DNA of 32,000 bases from Candidatus Saccharimonadota bacterium (GTDB lineage: Bacteria > Patescibacteriota > Gracilibacteria > BD1-5 > UBA6164): NCBI GenBank assembly GCA_004563595.2, contig CP042461.1, forward strand, positions 1,080,001-1,112,000. Reading direction: 5' to 3'. This document shows positions 1 to 10,242 of the stretch, one piece after another (the stretch's first letter is position 1; each line of letters begins with the position of its first letter). The translations under genes and the position numbers were made by a program. The notes under the pieces are model-generated. The model saw only the letters and a program-made list of their open reading frames with translations, was not told the DNA's origin and did no database searches.

Positions 1-257
1 TCATCTCATAGTTCTTCAAAACTAATCTCAAGTGAAGAATTTGTTACCTCTTTTACAATTGTTTTTTCAACACTAATTTCAATGTCTCCTTTTTCAATGT
101 TCAATTTTACATTTACTTCTTCATCTCTATTTCAATAATCTTTTTTATATGCAGTTCTAATCGCTGCTTCAATAATTTCTACTAACTTTTCTTTTGGAAT
201 ATTTTTTTCGGCTGAAATCATGTTGATAGCTGATTCTATTTGTTTTAAGTCTAACAT
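1..257 (-). CDS. nusA: Transcription termination/antitermination factor NusA, N-terminal part (gene runs off the window start)
   Basis: Table-25 translation from ATG at comp(255-257) gives MLDLKQIESAINMISAEKNIPKEKLVEIIEAAIRTAYKKDYG(TGA)NRDEEVNVKLNIEKGDIEISVEK. This fits the NusA N-terminal domain pattern, and the TGA sits at the conserved Gly of AYKKxYG. Confidence 0.8.
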
Positions 258-292
258 AAATTATGTATTAATTATAAATTCTTTCTTATTTC

Positions 293-332
293 TAAAAGAA
301 AACGAGAATTCGCTTTCGCAAATCCTCGTTTT
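293..332 (-). terminator. Hairpin terminator downstream of ftsZ
   Basis: Stem aaaacgag (299-306) pairs with ctcgtttt (325-332). An A-run lies before it and a T-run after it on the plus strand, so the minus strand sees a hairpin followed by a T-run. Confidence 0.5.
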
Positions 333-396
333 TAATTTTTAAAAACAGTACTCTTTTATAGTATGATATTTTTTGAAAAAATCAAATTTTTATAAA

Positions 397-1578
397 TTAC
401 ATTTTTTTTCTTAAAAATGATGGTACATCTAAGTCATCCTTTGGTGCTGTTGCTTGAGAAGCAGGAATAACTCTTGAGTCAGCAACTGATCTTCTTCCAA
501 ATGCATTCCCTTTTGGTGTTTCAATTTTTGCTTCTGCAAATTGAGTATTTGATGTTTCGTCAAACCCAGTAGCAACAACTGTAATTTTTAATTCACCATT
601 ATATTCTTCATTAATAGTAGCACCAAAGATAATATTTGCATCACTATCAACTGATTCAGTAATGATTCTTGCAGCTTCATCAACTTCAAACATACTTAAG
701 TCAGTTCACCCTGTAATATTGAATAAGAGTCCTTTTGCTCCTGCAATTGATAGTTCTAAAAGTGGACTATCAATTGCTGATCTAGAAGCTTCTACTGCTC
801 TGTTTTCACCAGAACCATATCCAATACCCATTAATGCTGAACCTGCATTTTTCATAACTGATCTTACATCGGCAAAATCGACATTAATAAGACCTGGTTG
901 TGTTATAAGATCTGATATTCCTTGTACTCACTGATTTAATACTTCATCAACAATTGAGAAAGCATCAAGTAAAGGTGTTTTTTTATCAATAATAGTAAGA
1001 ATTTTATCATTAGGGATTGTGATAAGTGTATCTACTTTTTCTTTCAAAGCTGTAAATCCATCAATAGATTTTGACATCCTATTTTGTCCTTCAAATGCAA
1101 ATGGTTTTGTAACCACTCATACTGTAAGAGATCCCACTTCTTTTGCTATTTCTGCAACAACTGGAGCAGCTCATGTACCTGTTCCACCTCATAAACCACA
1201 AGTAATAAAAATCATGTCTGCTCATTCTAGAACAGCTTTAATTTCCTCTCTTGATTCTTCAGCAGCTTTTTTCCCAACATCTGGATCTGATCCTGCTCAT
1301 AAACCTGAAGTAATTATTTTTCAGATATTTAATTTTGTTGGAGCAAGAGAACTAAATAATGCTTGAGCATCAGTGTTAATAGAAATGAATTCTACTCACG
1401 CTAAACCTCATTCGATCATTCTATTCACTGCATTTTGTCATCCACCCCCTACTCATACAACTTTTATTTTTGCTACTGGTGAAATTGAATTTCAAATATT
1501 CACTTCTTCTGGACCCGTTGGAGCTACAATACTTCCTCCTGAAAGTAAGCTTTTTAATTTATCTTCTCTTTTTGTCAT
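397..1578 (-). CDS. ftsZ: Cell division GTPase FtsZ (393 aa under table 25)
   Basis: Motifs present: [63 protein letters not shown]. About 13 in-frame TGA codons are present, and all those I mapped lie at conserved Gly. Two are inside the GGGTGTG signature, at comp 1171-1173 and 1189-1191. The track fragments 397-693 and 928-1116 lie in one frame. Confidence 0.97.
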
Positions 1579-1625
1579 TTTTTTTATTATTAGAAAATTA
1601 AATATATGATTTTAAAATCTGGTAA

Positions 1626-2861
1626 CTATGGTAAGAGTTTTTTAAATGTTCTTATTATAGAATCAAAGAATCAGGATACATTCAAAGAAAAAACATTTGA
1701 AGAAACCGAATATCTATTTGATAGTATCATAGTTCATATCACTGCTGCAAATACTGGATCACTTATTGATGCATCTGCCAAATCATCTTTTGATGCTGGG
1801 AGTCATATGAATACTGGTAACTTTAAGTTCTTCTTTCATAACTCTATAAATCACTTCATTTTTACTCATCCTCATACACAAACTGCTCATTCTGGTAACA
1901 TCCCATCTTTTCAAACTTTTTTTAATTCTTGTCTCACAAAGTAAAATATTTCTTCATACCTTGCAGTAACAATTTGAGAAAGGTAAAGTAAAGATAACTT
2001 CCCTTCTTCTCCAATATTAAGTTCTGATAAATCCACTTCCCTATCAATATATCATGTCATATTCTCTAAATCCAGTTCTGCATAATCGATTTTTAATTTT
2101 TCTGCTACTGAAGTGGATGTTCGTAAACCTAAAGCTATGTCATTTGTGACACTATCTCAACCTATTGGAATCATTGATGAGAATTGAAGAGTTCACTCTT
2201 CATATACAGTGATTCAAGTAGTCGATCATCAAATATCTATACATACTACTCATAATTCCTTTTGTCTTTTTGTAAGAACTCATTCTGGAGAACTCAGTAG
2301 ATTTGGATATATATCAAGTATTTCTATTCAAATATCTGAAACTGCTTTCCTAATATTATTCAGGACATTGAGATTTATTGAAAATATATTTGCAATTACT
2401 TCTAGTTTTCTTGCTGACATTCAAATGGGATTTTTGACCCCTTCTTCTAAATCTACAATGAAGTTTTCTGGAATTACCTTTAATATCTCTTTATTTGGGA
2501 GATCAACTCCATTTTTTGCCATATCAAGAGCTCTTTCAATATCTTCTTCTGAGATTTCTCCCCCCGCTACAGCAACAACTCATTTATTTCTAATAACATC
2601 TAATGATGATGAGTTAAATGATATATATGCTCATGAAACTTGTTCTCATGCCATTTTTTCGGCTTCTTCTAATGTTTTATCTAAGTTATTTTTAAATTCC
2701 TCCATATCTAAAATGTTCCCTTTTCTAATAGCATTTGAAGAAGTAATACCAACTCATAGGATATGGAAATCTTCGGCTGATTCATTATCAAAATACCCAA
2801 TTATAGTTCTTATTTTAGAACTTCATATATCGATGGTTGTAATAGTATTCGATCCTCACAT
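1626..2861 (-). CDS. ftsA: Cell division protein FtsA (411 aa under table 25)
   Basis: Actin-like ATPase motifs: TTIDIGSSKIRTIIG, VVCIDIGGSTTGITVY, PIGGDSVTNDIALGL, AVCVGGGVKMKG. The gene lies immediately upstream of ftsZ. Start is ATG at comp(2859-2861) and stop is TAG at comp(1626-1628). The length is divisible by 3. Confidence 0.93.
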
Positions 2862-3129
2862 ATTTTTTTGAAAGATTAACTAATATAATGTTCTCTTTTT
2901 TTATACAAGCTTATCCTCTTGGAATAAACAATCTTGTTTTTTTAGTAAACTTGTTACATGAAAGATTATATTGAGAGAAACATCATTTACAACAAGAGTT
3001 TTTAAATGATGTTAAAAAAAAATAAAGAGCCCATATTTTTTGCAAAAAAAACAAAAATATAGTAAAGTTGGTAATGAAGTGATTTTAAAAAGTATTTAAA
3101 ACTACTGTTCTAAATTTTTACCCACAAAA

Positions 3130-4329
3130 ATGAATAAATTTTATATATTTTTCCAACTTTCTATATTCTTAACTCTCTCACTTAATATAGTGCTCTATAT
3201 TATCTTATGAAGTAGGTTTAATATATTTGAGATAGAAGTTGTTTATATAATCATATTTAGTACCGTCCTTGTAGAATATACAATAATACTTTTTTTGGTA
3301 AAAAAATTCTTTTTTGGTCCTATATTAAAACTAGAATATACTATCAAAAAATTTCTCGTATGAAGCTTAAAAAACCAAGAAATTATTTTCCAAGAAAGTC
3401 CAAATCCTCATCTAAACTATATACTTCTTTTTTTCTCAAAAACATTAAACACTCTCAAAAGTATTAAATCAGAATTTATGCATGGGAAGGAAATAAAATG
3501 AGAAGTAGAATTAGGAAAAGAAATTCAATGAAAAATGCTTACTAAAAAACTCATTGAAGTTCCCTCTCTTGATATTATTGTAAAATCAAAACCTGCTGGA
3601 GAGATATGATGAGACTCATATGATATTATGCATGAATGAGACAACTATTATATATATGTATGAGATGCAACTGGACATGGCGTTGGGGCATGATTTATCA
3701 TGATAATGGTGAATGCACTTATCAGTTGATTTACAAAAGTATATCAAAAATGAAGTAGTATATTAGCAAAAACAAATGAAATTTTAAAACCAAGAGTAAA
3801 AGCGAATCTTCTTATGAGCCTTTTACTCGTAAGGTGGGATGAACAAGAAAAAAGACTCTACATGACATGAGCTGGGCATGAGTACCTTATGATATATAAA
3901 CATAAACAAAAAAAATGTTTCAAAGTGAAATCATGATGAGTCGCTCTTTGAATGATTAAAGATGTCAGTAAACTCCTCAAAGAACAAGAAATTAAATTTG
4001 AACCAAACGATATTATAGTTCTCTACAGTGATGGTATTACAGAAGCTATAAATAAACCATCAAAAGATGGCTCTCAAGAGATGTTTGGTGAAGAAAGGCT
4101 TATGAAATGTATTGAAAAAGCTCCTTTTTATGAAAAACAAAGCTATAAAACAAGTAGAAGTGTATTTAATAATATCACTATAGAACTTTCTAATTTCATG
4201 TGATATAAACATGTGCAGCTTGATGATATCACTCTTGCTACTATCCATTACAAAGCAGAAGTTTTTGATGAAGCAAATGATTTTCCAAAAGAAATAAATG
4301 AAGACTTTATCGCTGAATGGAATTGGTAA
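3130..4329 (+). CDS. Membrane-anchored PP2C/SpoIIE-family serine phosphatase (399 aa)
   Basis: Two N-terminal hydrophobic segments are followed by the motifs GEIGGDSYD, VGDATGHGVGAG, MTGAGHEY, IIVLYSDGITEA and DDITLATI. Many of the Gly residues in these motifs are TGA. Track ORF 3952-4203 is in frame. Confidence 0.88.
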
Positions 4330-4330
4330 A

Positions 4331-4356
4331 AAACGAACAATTGTTCGTTTTTTTTA
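4331..4356 (+). terminator. Rho-independent terminator after the phosphatase gene
   Basis: Perfect palindrome aacgaacaattgttcgtt (4332-4349) followed by a T-run. Confidence 0.7.
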
Positions 4357-4470
4357 TTCAAAAATAGAAAGATCGAACTGTAAAGAGCAAAAATAAAGTA
4401 AGACTTTACAAAGCGTATTATTGCTATAAAATAGCGATAATACGCTTTTAAATTCATAACTTAAATCTTT

Positions 4471-6321
4471 GTGTCAAAACAAGAACAACTCATCAAACTT
4501 GTATGAGAAAGAGTCTCTGGAGATGTGTACTCATATATAAAAAAAGATATTCCTAAGACAAAAGTCCCTGACGATAAAGTAAGTGATAAAGATATATTAA
4601 ATACTGAAAAAGATTATAAAGAAGCCCTTGCTTTTGTAAAAGATGCTATTTCTCCAGCATTCATGAAAATTTACCCGAATAAAATTCAAATCAATAATAC
4701 TCTTGCAAAGACTTTCTTTGTGTATGCTTACCCGAATTTTCTAGAATGAAACTGGTTATCTCCTATTATTAATTGGGATATCAAGTTTGATATGAGTCTT
4801 TTTGTTTACCCTGTTGAATCTGCCTTTATACAAAAATATTTAAGAAAGAGACTCACGCAGCTTAATTCTGAGAGAAGTATTAATGCTGAGAAAGGCCTTA
4901 TCAATGATCCTGCTCTGGAAGCTCAAATTCAAGATGTAGAGGAATTGAGATATAAACTTACCAGAGGAGAAGAAAAATATTTTCATTTCTGACTCTATAT
5001 AACTATATATGCTGAGAATGATGAAAAATTAGACAGAGTATGAAAAGATATCGAAACCATATTAGCTTGAAGGAATGTTTTACAAAAACAAAGTTTCCTC
5101 AGAGCTGAGCAAGGTTTCATCTCAACAGGACCTTTTTGTAAAGATGAGCTTGGGGTTTATAGGAATATATCTACCTGAGGTTTATCAACTACTTTTCCTT
5201 TTTCTTCTTCAACTCTCAGCCATGATGACGGGATTTTATATGGTATAAATACTCACAATAATTCTCTTATTCTTTTTGATAGATTCAAAACTGAAAATGC
5301 AAATATGACGGTATTTGCAAAATCAGGTTCATGAAAATCTTTTGCTGTAAAGCTTGAGATTTTAAGAAGTTTAATGCTTGGAACTGATGTTATTGTTATT
5401 GATCCAGAAAATGAATATCAAGCACTTATTAATCAAGTGTGAGGAACTTACTTAGATGTAAGTCTTAATTCTACTCAAAGAATTAATCCTTTTGATCTTC
5501 CAAAAGGCCTCAAAGATCATGAAGAACGTCCTGGTGATTTACTGAGAAGTGCTATCATTAATTTACTCGGGCTTATGAACCTGATGCTTGGAAAACTTAC
5601 AGCAGAAGAGGCATCAATCATGGAAAAAGCTCTTATTACGACATATAGTCTCAAATGACTTACTCTGGAAGATGACGATATAGCATGAAAACAAATTCCT
5701 GTCATGAAAGATCTTCAAGATGTTCTGGAAACAATGGATGGAGCAAAATCTATTGTCACAAGAATAGAAAAATATACTTCAGGTATATTCTCATGAATAT
5801 TCTCTCAACAAACAAATGTAGACCTAGGTGAATGATTACAAGTGTTCTCAGTAAGAGATCTTGATGATATGCTCAGACCTATTGCTATGTACGTTATCCT
5901 CAACCATATCTGGAACAAAGTAAAAAGTAGTAACAAAAAAAGAATACTTGTTGTTGATGAAGCATGGAATATCATGCAACATGAAGATAGTGCAAAATTC
6001 TTGTATGCGCTTGTAAAAAGAGCGAGAAAATATAACTTATGAATCACAACTATTACTCAAGATGTAGAGGATTTTGTAAATAGTGAATACGGGAAACCAA
6101 TCTTAACCAATTCATCTATTCAACTTCTTCTGAAACAATCATCTGCTTCAATTGATGTATTAGAAAATGTCTATAAACTTACAGGACAAGAGAAATATAT
6201 TCTCCTTAATGCTGCCGTATGACAATGACTCTTCTTCGCTTGAACAGAACATGTATGAATACAAGTAGTTGCAAGTTTTTATGAAGAACAGGTAGTTACT
6301 ACTGATCCGAATAAGAAATAA
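4471..6321 (+). CDS. VirB4/TraC-like (AAA, DUF87-type) secretion or conjugation ATPase; start uncertain
   Basis: Walker A FAKSGSGKSFAVK, Walker B region ILVVDEAWNIM, and ITTITQDVEDF. The frame is open from 4465. There is no early in-frame ATG, so GTG at 4471 or 4525 is the likely start. Stop is TAA at 6319-6321. Track ORFs 4525, 4792 and 5842 are all in this frame, joined by TGA=Gly. Confidence 0.8.
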
Positions 6322-6330
6322 ACAAAAAAA

Positions 6331-6356
6331 GACCTGAAAGTTTCAGGTCTTTTTTT
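6331..6356 (+). terminator. Rho-independent terminator
   Basis: gacctgaaa/tttcaggtc hairpin (6331-6349) followed by a T-run. Confidence 0.75.
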
Positions 6357-6415
6357 GACACTTATTTTTTAGTATGTTAAAATAATACTAAGTTATAAGA
6401 ATAAGAACACTACAT

Positions 6416-7693
6416 ATGAAAAAGAACCCTTTAAAGAGACTAGAGACTCAGGTAATTATATCTTTGATTTTAGCAATTATTGCAGGAATTTATCTTCCAC
6501 AAATAGTTCCCTATATTAGTTGGATGTGAGAAATATTTATGAAAATGTTAAAAGTATTTTTAGCGCCTTTATTATTCTTCTCAGTTTTTATTGCGGTATT
6601 AGGTTTGTGAGATTTTAAAAAACTCTGAAATATATGAGCAAGAACCATGTGATACTATATGCTTACAACAGTGTTAGCTATTTCAGTTTCTCTTATACTC
6701 ATGAATGTTTTTACTCCTTGAGTTTGATCAACTCTATGAATTGAGGCATGATTTAATGCAGCTACTATTGAAAGCCTTACATTTTCTGCTTTTATTCAAA
6801 GTCTCATTCCAAGTAATATATTTGTTGCATTTGTAGAATTTAATGCCATGCAAATTGTTACCTGCGGTATAGTTCTCGGTATTAGTGTCCTTGCATGAGG
6901 GAAAATGAAAAAAATAGACCATCTAAAAAATATTACAGAAACTATTAATAATGGGATCCTAAAGTTTATAGAATTTGTGATTAAACTGACTCCATTTGGA
7001 GTATTTGCAATTGTTGCAAAAGTAGTATCAGAGCATGGTATAGAAAGTATGATCAATCTTCTACCTTTTGTATATGTTATCCTTCTAGCTCTTTTCATAC
7101 ATGCATTCATAACGCTTCCCTCGATTGGTTTTATCATTTGATGATTTAATCCATATCATTATTTTTTAAAGGTAAAAGAAGCTATCCTTGTATGATTTTC
7201 AACATCATCGAGTAGTGCCACTATGTGACTTTCAATGAGTGTCGCAAAAAACAAGGCTAAGCTCAGTGAAGAAGTAGTAGATTTTACATTCCCTATATGA
7301 ACCACTATTAATATGGATGGGACTGCATTATATCAAGCCTGAGTTGCCCTCTTTGTAGCTCAAGTATTATGAGTTGACCTCACTATCATTGCTCAACTTA
7401 CTATTGTTGCTATTGTTATTCTTGCTTCCATTTGAGCTGCTTGAGTACCATGAGCTGGAATACTTATTCTTACAACGGTATTTCTTACTATTGGTCTTCC
7501 TGTAGAAGCTATTTGAATCATTCTTGCTGTTGATAGAATTCTTGATATGTTTAGAACTTGAGTGAATGTTTGGTGAGACCTTCTGACTGCAAAAGTAGTG
7601 GATAAGTTTTATCGTAAAAACCTGACCGATAAAGCTCTAAAAAAGATTGAAGAACTGAAGATTTGTGAAAAATCAAAAGAACTTACAGCATAA
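6416..7693 (+). CDS. Dicarboxylate/amino acid:cation symporter (DAACS family, GltP/SstT-like), 425 aa
   Basis: Family motifs GFSTSSSSATM, GTTINMDGTALYQ, ASIGAAGVPGAG and DRILDMFRTGVNVWGD, with multiple TM segments. Track ORF 6905-7141 is in frame. Confidence 0.9.
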
Positions 7694-7704
7694 AAATATA
7701 AAAA

Positions 7705-7737
7705 AGCCAGAAAGATTTGATTTCTTGGCTTTTTTTA
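7705..7737 (+). terminator. Rho-independent terminator
   Basis: gccagaaa ... tttcttggc imperfect hairpin followed by tttttt. Confidence 0.6.
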
Positions 7738-7879
7738 ATACAATGTTTGCGCTTCTAAAATCCTATTTTGGGAAATTATGTCTTTACTCTTATTTGTCCC
7801 GAAAACAAATATTAAGAGAGAAAAAGATATAATAAATATATATAGAAAAATAAAATACTAATTATTAATTATAATCATC

Positions 7880-8347
7880 ATGGCAGCAAAAGAAATTAAA
7901 GGATATATAAAATTACAGATTAATTGAGGACAAGCTAATCCAGCTCCTCCAGTAGGTCCTGCTCTTGGTCAATACGGAGTACCTATTCAAGAATTTACTC
8001 AAAAATTCAACGAACAAACAAAAGATAAAATGGGAGTGAAACTTCCTGTTGTTATTACTGTTTATGAAGACAGAACTTTTGACTTCATCGTAAAACAACC
8101 ACCAATGAGTACTTTAATCAAAGCGAAACTTAACCTTAAAAAAGGTTCAGGAGTACCTCAAAAAGAAAAAGTTGGTAACATGACTTTTGATCAAGTAAAA
8201 GAAGTTGCTACTGAAAAAATGCCTGATTTAAATGCTACTTGTATCGCAGGTGCAATGAAAATTGCTCAAGGTACAGCAAGAGCTACTGGTGTTACTACTG
8301 ATATTGACGGTATGACAAAAGAAGAAATAGCTGCTAAATTAGCATAA
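7880..8347 (+). CDS. rplK: 50S ribosomal protein L11 (155 aa)
   Basis: MAAKEIKGYIKLQING(TGA)GQANPAPPVGPALGQYGVPIQEF...VVITVYEDRTFDFIVKQPP is the classic L11 sequence. Track ORF 8030-8347 is the in-frame C-terminal part. Confidence 0.95.
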
Positions 8348-8365
8348 TTTCAAAAAATTATAAAA

Positions 8366-8397
8366 AAGAAACATTTATTTAAAAATGTTTCTTTTTT
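8366..8397 (+). terminator. Rho-independent terminator after rplK
   Basis: agaaacattt (8367-8376) pairs with aaatgtttct (8383-8392), followed by a T-run. Confidence 0.7.
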
Positions 8398-8466
8398 ATT
8401 TAGAAAAACTTATTTTGGAAACATCTATATTACAATATAATAAGCCATAAGATAATTTAATCCGGT

Positions 8467-9141
8467 ATGAGTATGAAAATGAGCTTAAAAGAACTTACAG
8501 AAATGACTACAAAATCTGGTTTTAAATGGATTATAATATTCGTTCCTTGATTATTATTTTCTATTTTTACGCTTATCATGTGACTTATCTTGCTTGACGG
8601 TCAAGGTGGCTTCAGTTGAGCAGGACATGCTGGTATTATATGAGCTGTATTATGAGTAATGGTGTTATTTATCCAAGATTTTTTCGCAACATCTTTGATT
8701 CTACTCAGCATGATACTCTTCCCTCCCCTATATTTTATGATTGCAAATAAAATCACTATCAAATATATTATTTCCTATATCTTTAAACATAACTTTAAAG
8801 ATGATTTTATCGAAAAACTCCTCAGCTTTGTTAATAAAAGCATAAGCAAAAGAACCGATAAATTAGACAAAGTAAATGATTTTGCAAATGTAAAACTAGA
8901 TTTATTAAAATCTATAAAAACAGATACTTCTACTTCCAAGTTAGAAAAAAGGGTTTTACTTTTCTTACTCAAGAAAAGTAAGTTAGAGGATACTACCATG
9001 ACAAAAGATACAAAAATTTCTGATATGATTGTTGAAAAAGCAAATCAGACAATAAAAGAAATCACAAAATCAAATAACAATGCTTTCTATATTACATTCT
9101 CTATCCATTTAACACTTTTAATATTAGCCATAATCTTTTAA
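8467..9141 (+). CDS. Hypothetical membrane protein (224 aa)
   Basis: ATG at 8467. Four upstream in-frame TGA codons join the N-terminal TM segments (WIIIFVPGLLFSIFTLIMGLILL, GIIGAVLGVMVLFI) to track ORF 8659-9141. A hydrophobic C-terminal segment is also present. No family was recognised. Confidence 0.55.
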
Positions 9142-9196
9142 GAATAAATATTAGACATTTATTCTTAAAAGATTATAATGCCACTGCAATATTTTT

Positions 9197-9271
9197 GCTC
9201 CCATCGTCTAGTGGTTAGGATACGGCCTTCTCAAGGCTGGGACAGGAGTTCAATTCTCCTTGGGAGTACCA
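9197..9271 (+). tRNA. trnE: tRNA-Glu, anticodon CUC, with encoded CCA
   Basis: Cloverleaf folded by hand:
- acceptor GCTCCCA/TGGGAGT (G1:U72)
- D arm GTCT-AGTGGTTA-GGAT
- anticodon stem CGGCC/GGCTG with loop TTCTCAA
- 4-nt variable region
- T arm AGGAG-TTCAATT-CTCCT
- discriminator A plus CCA

The TCGTCTAGxGG...AGGA core is typical of tRNA-Glu. Confidence 0.9.
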
Positions 9272-9406
9272 TAACGAATTACAAAAAAAAGCCCTCAATA
9301 GAGGGTTTTTTAGTTCAATCCCTTTTGGGTATATTTCTGTATTTTTACTATAAAGTCCCCTTTATTAAGGATACTTATAACAGTTCAATTCCCATTAGGT
9401 GTTTAT
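9263..9406 (+). repeat. Duplicated 144-nt block, copy 1: tRNA 3' core, hairpin terminator, and three decayed tRNA-3'-end-like motifs
   Basis: Aligns without indels to 11779-11922, with about a dozen substitutions. Internal motifs agttcaatcccttttgggtat, gtcccctttattaaggatacttataac and agttcaattcccattaggtg resemble the tRNA T-arm/acceptor end agttcaattctccttgggagtaccataac. Confidence 0.85.
9283..9311 (+). terminator. Bidirectional hairpin terminator after tRNA-Glu
   Basis: A-run, gccctc-aata-gagggt hairpin, then T-run. Confidence 0.7.
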
Positions 9407-9411
9407 TTTCC

Positions 9412-10158
9412 TTAATATTCTTTATCTAAAATGTTTATACATTTATCATGTGCATCTTTATGAGTTCTGAATTCCTTGTTTAAAAAATAGAACAAAGCAA
9501 TTTCATATTTAGGTAGCTCTAAAAATATAAAATTATTTGAGCTATGAATAAAATGAAAATCAGGATTTTTTGTTTTAAAAACAAGTAGTGAATTTATTCT
9601 ATTAGTTTTTGACTTAATAGATATTTTTTTCAATGATTTTCTTAAATTTGAAAATACTTTTGATGGGCTCAACGATAAATCTTGTAGGAAAGAAATTGGA
9701 AAATCTGATAAATATGGTATGAACTCAGAATTTTTATCTTTTTTAAATTTTCTTCTTATATCCATAACTTGCAATTTATATGTAATTGTTTCTAACCACA
9801 AAATAATTAATTCTATATCCTTATATTCAAAACAATTTAATTCTAAATCAACATCTTTCAATTTATCTTGAATTACATATTCTAAATGTCCTAATATTTC
9901 ATTATTACAACTAGAGCAACAAGGTAAAACACTTTTATTATACGTTTGCGAAATGCCATTTGTATTAGTAGTGAAAATTCTTTTCGGATTTCTATCATAT
10001 ACCCACTGAGGTAAAATATGCTCTTTAGTTAAATTATTTTCTATGCCACAAAAAACACATAAATTTAAATTATGGTTTGTTTTTAATTTATCAACTATTA
10101 CACGTTGATTATTTCTAATGTTTTTTCTAAGATCTATTAATCTACTTGTTAATTTCAT
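9412..10158 (-). CDS. HNH-motif nuclease-like protein with an uncharacterised C-terminal domain (248 aa)
   Basis: Intact standard-code ORF. It carries CVFCG...LTKEHILPQW...CCSSCNNEILGH, a Cys4-framed HNH (H-N-H) signature. The remaining roughly 150 aa match no family I recognise. Confidence 0.65.
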   Translation of the reverse strand: MKLTSRLIDLRKNIRNNQRVIVDKLKTNHNLNLCVFCGIENNLTKEHILPQWVYDRNPKRIFTTNTNGISQTYNKSVLPCCSSCNNEILGHLEYVIQDKLKDVDLELNCFEYKDIELIILWLETITYKLQVMDIRRKFKKDKNSEFIPYLSDFPISFLQDLSLSPSKVFSNLRKSLKKISIKSKTNRINSLLVFKTKNPDFHFIHSSNNFIFLELPKYEIALFYFLNKEFRTHKDAHDKCINILDKEY

Positions 10159-10230
10159 GAGAAAATTTCTTTGTCAGCCACTATATCGATCTCCTTCAAC
10201 AATCTATAATAATATCAAAACCTATCCAAT
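10149..10230 (-). repeat. Degenerate copy of the cassette arm, overlapping the HNH start codon
   Basis: 10185-10209 (atcgatctccttcaacaatctataa) matches the arm consensus atcaatctcctccaacaatctataa. The minus strand reads ..FGYYYRLLKEIDIVADKEIFSGN*, compared with NFYRLLEEIDxxxL in the other copies. The tRNA core is not retained. Confidence 0.5.
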
Positions 10231-10242
10231 GATAATGACACT

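Noticed and set aside
397-1578. TGA read as Trp (table 4, Mollicutes-like), suggested by the low GC content.
   Set aside because: TGA occupies the glycines of GGGTGTG, GVGGGG, GDEGKGK and IQGIGAG. Trp is impossible at these positions.
662-2871. Long plus-strand track ORFs (662-934, 1019-1366, 1373-1609, 1606-1944, 2209-2871).
   Set aside because: They are antisense shadows of ftsZ and ftsA with low-complexity, non-homologous translations. The same applies to 5517-5705, 5805-6047, 6734-7137, 8775-8999, 11270-11476, 17668-18090, 18556-18837, 24054-24449, 25666-26058, 26551-26886, 28301-28510, 29096-29542, 31207-31521 and 31738-31941.
4060-4457. Minus-strand track ORFs 4060-4248 and 4248-4457.
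   Set aside because: The first is antisense to the phosphatase C-terminus. The second spans its terminator and the AT-rich intergenic region and has a low-complexity translation.
9178-9429. 83-aa track ORF spanning the tRNA.
   Set aside because: It overlaps tRNA-Glu and its terminator on the same strand, so it is spurious.
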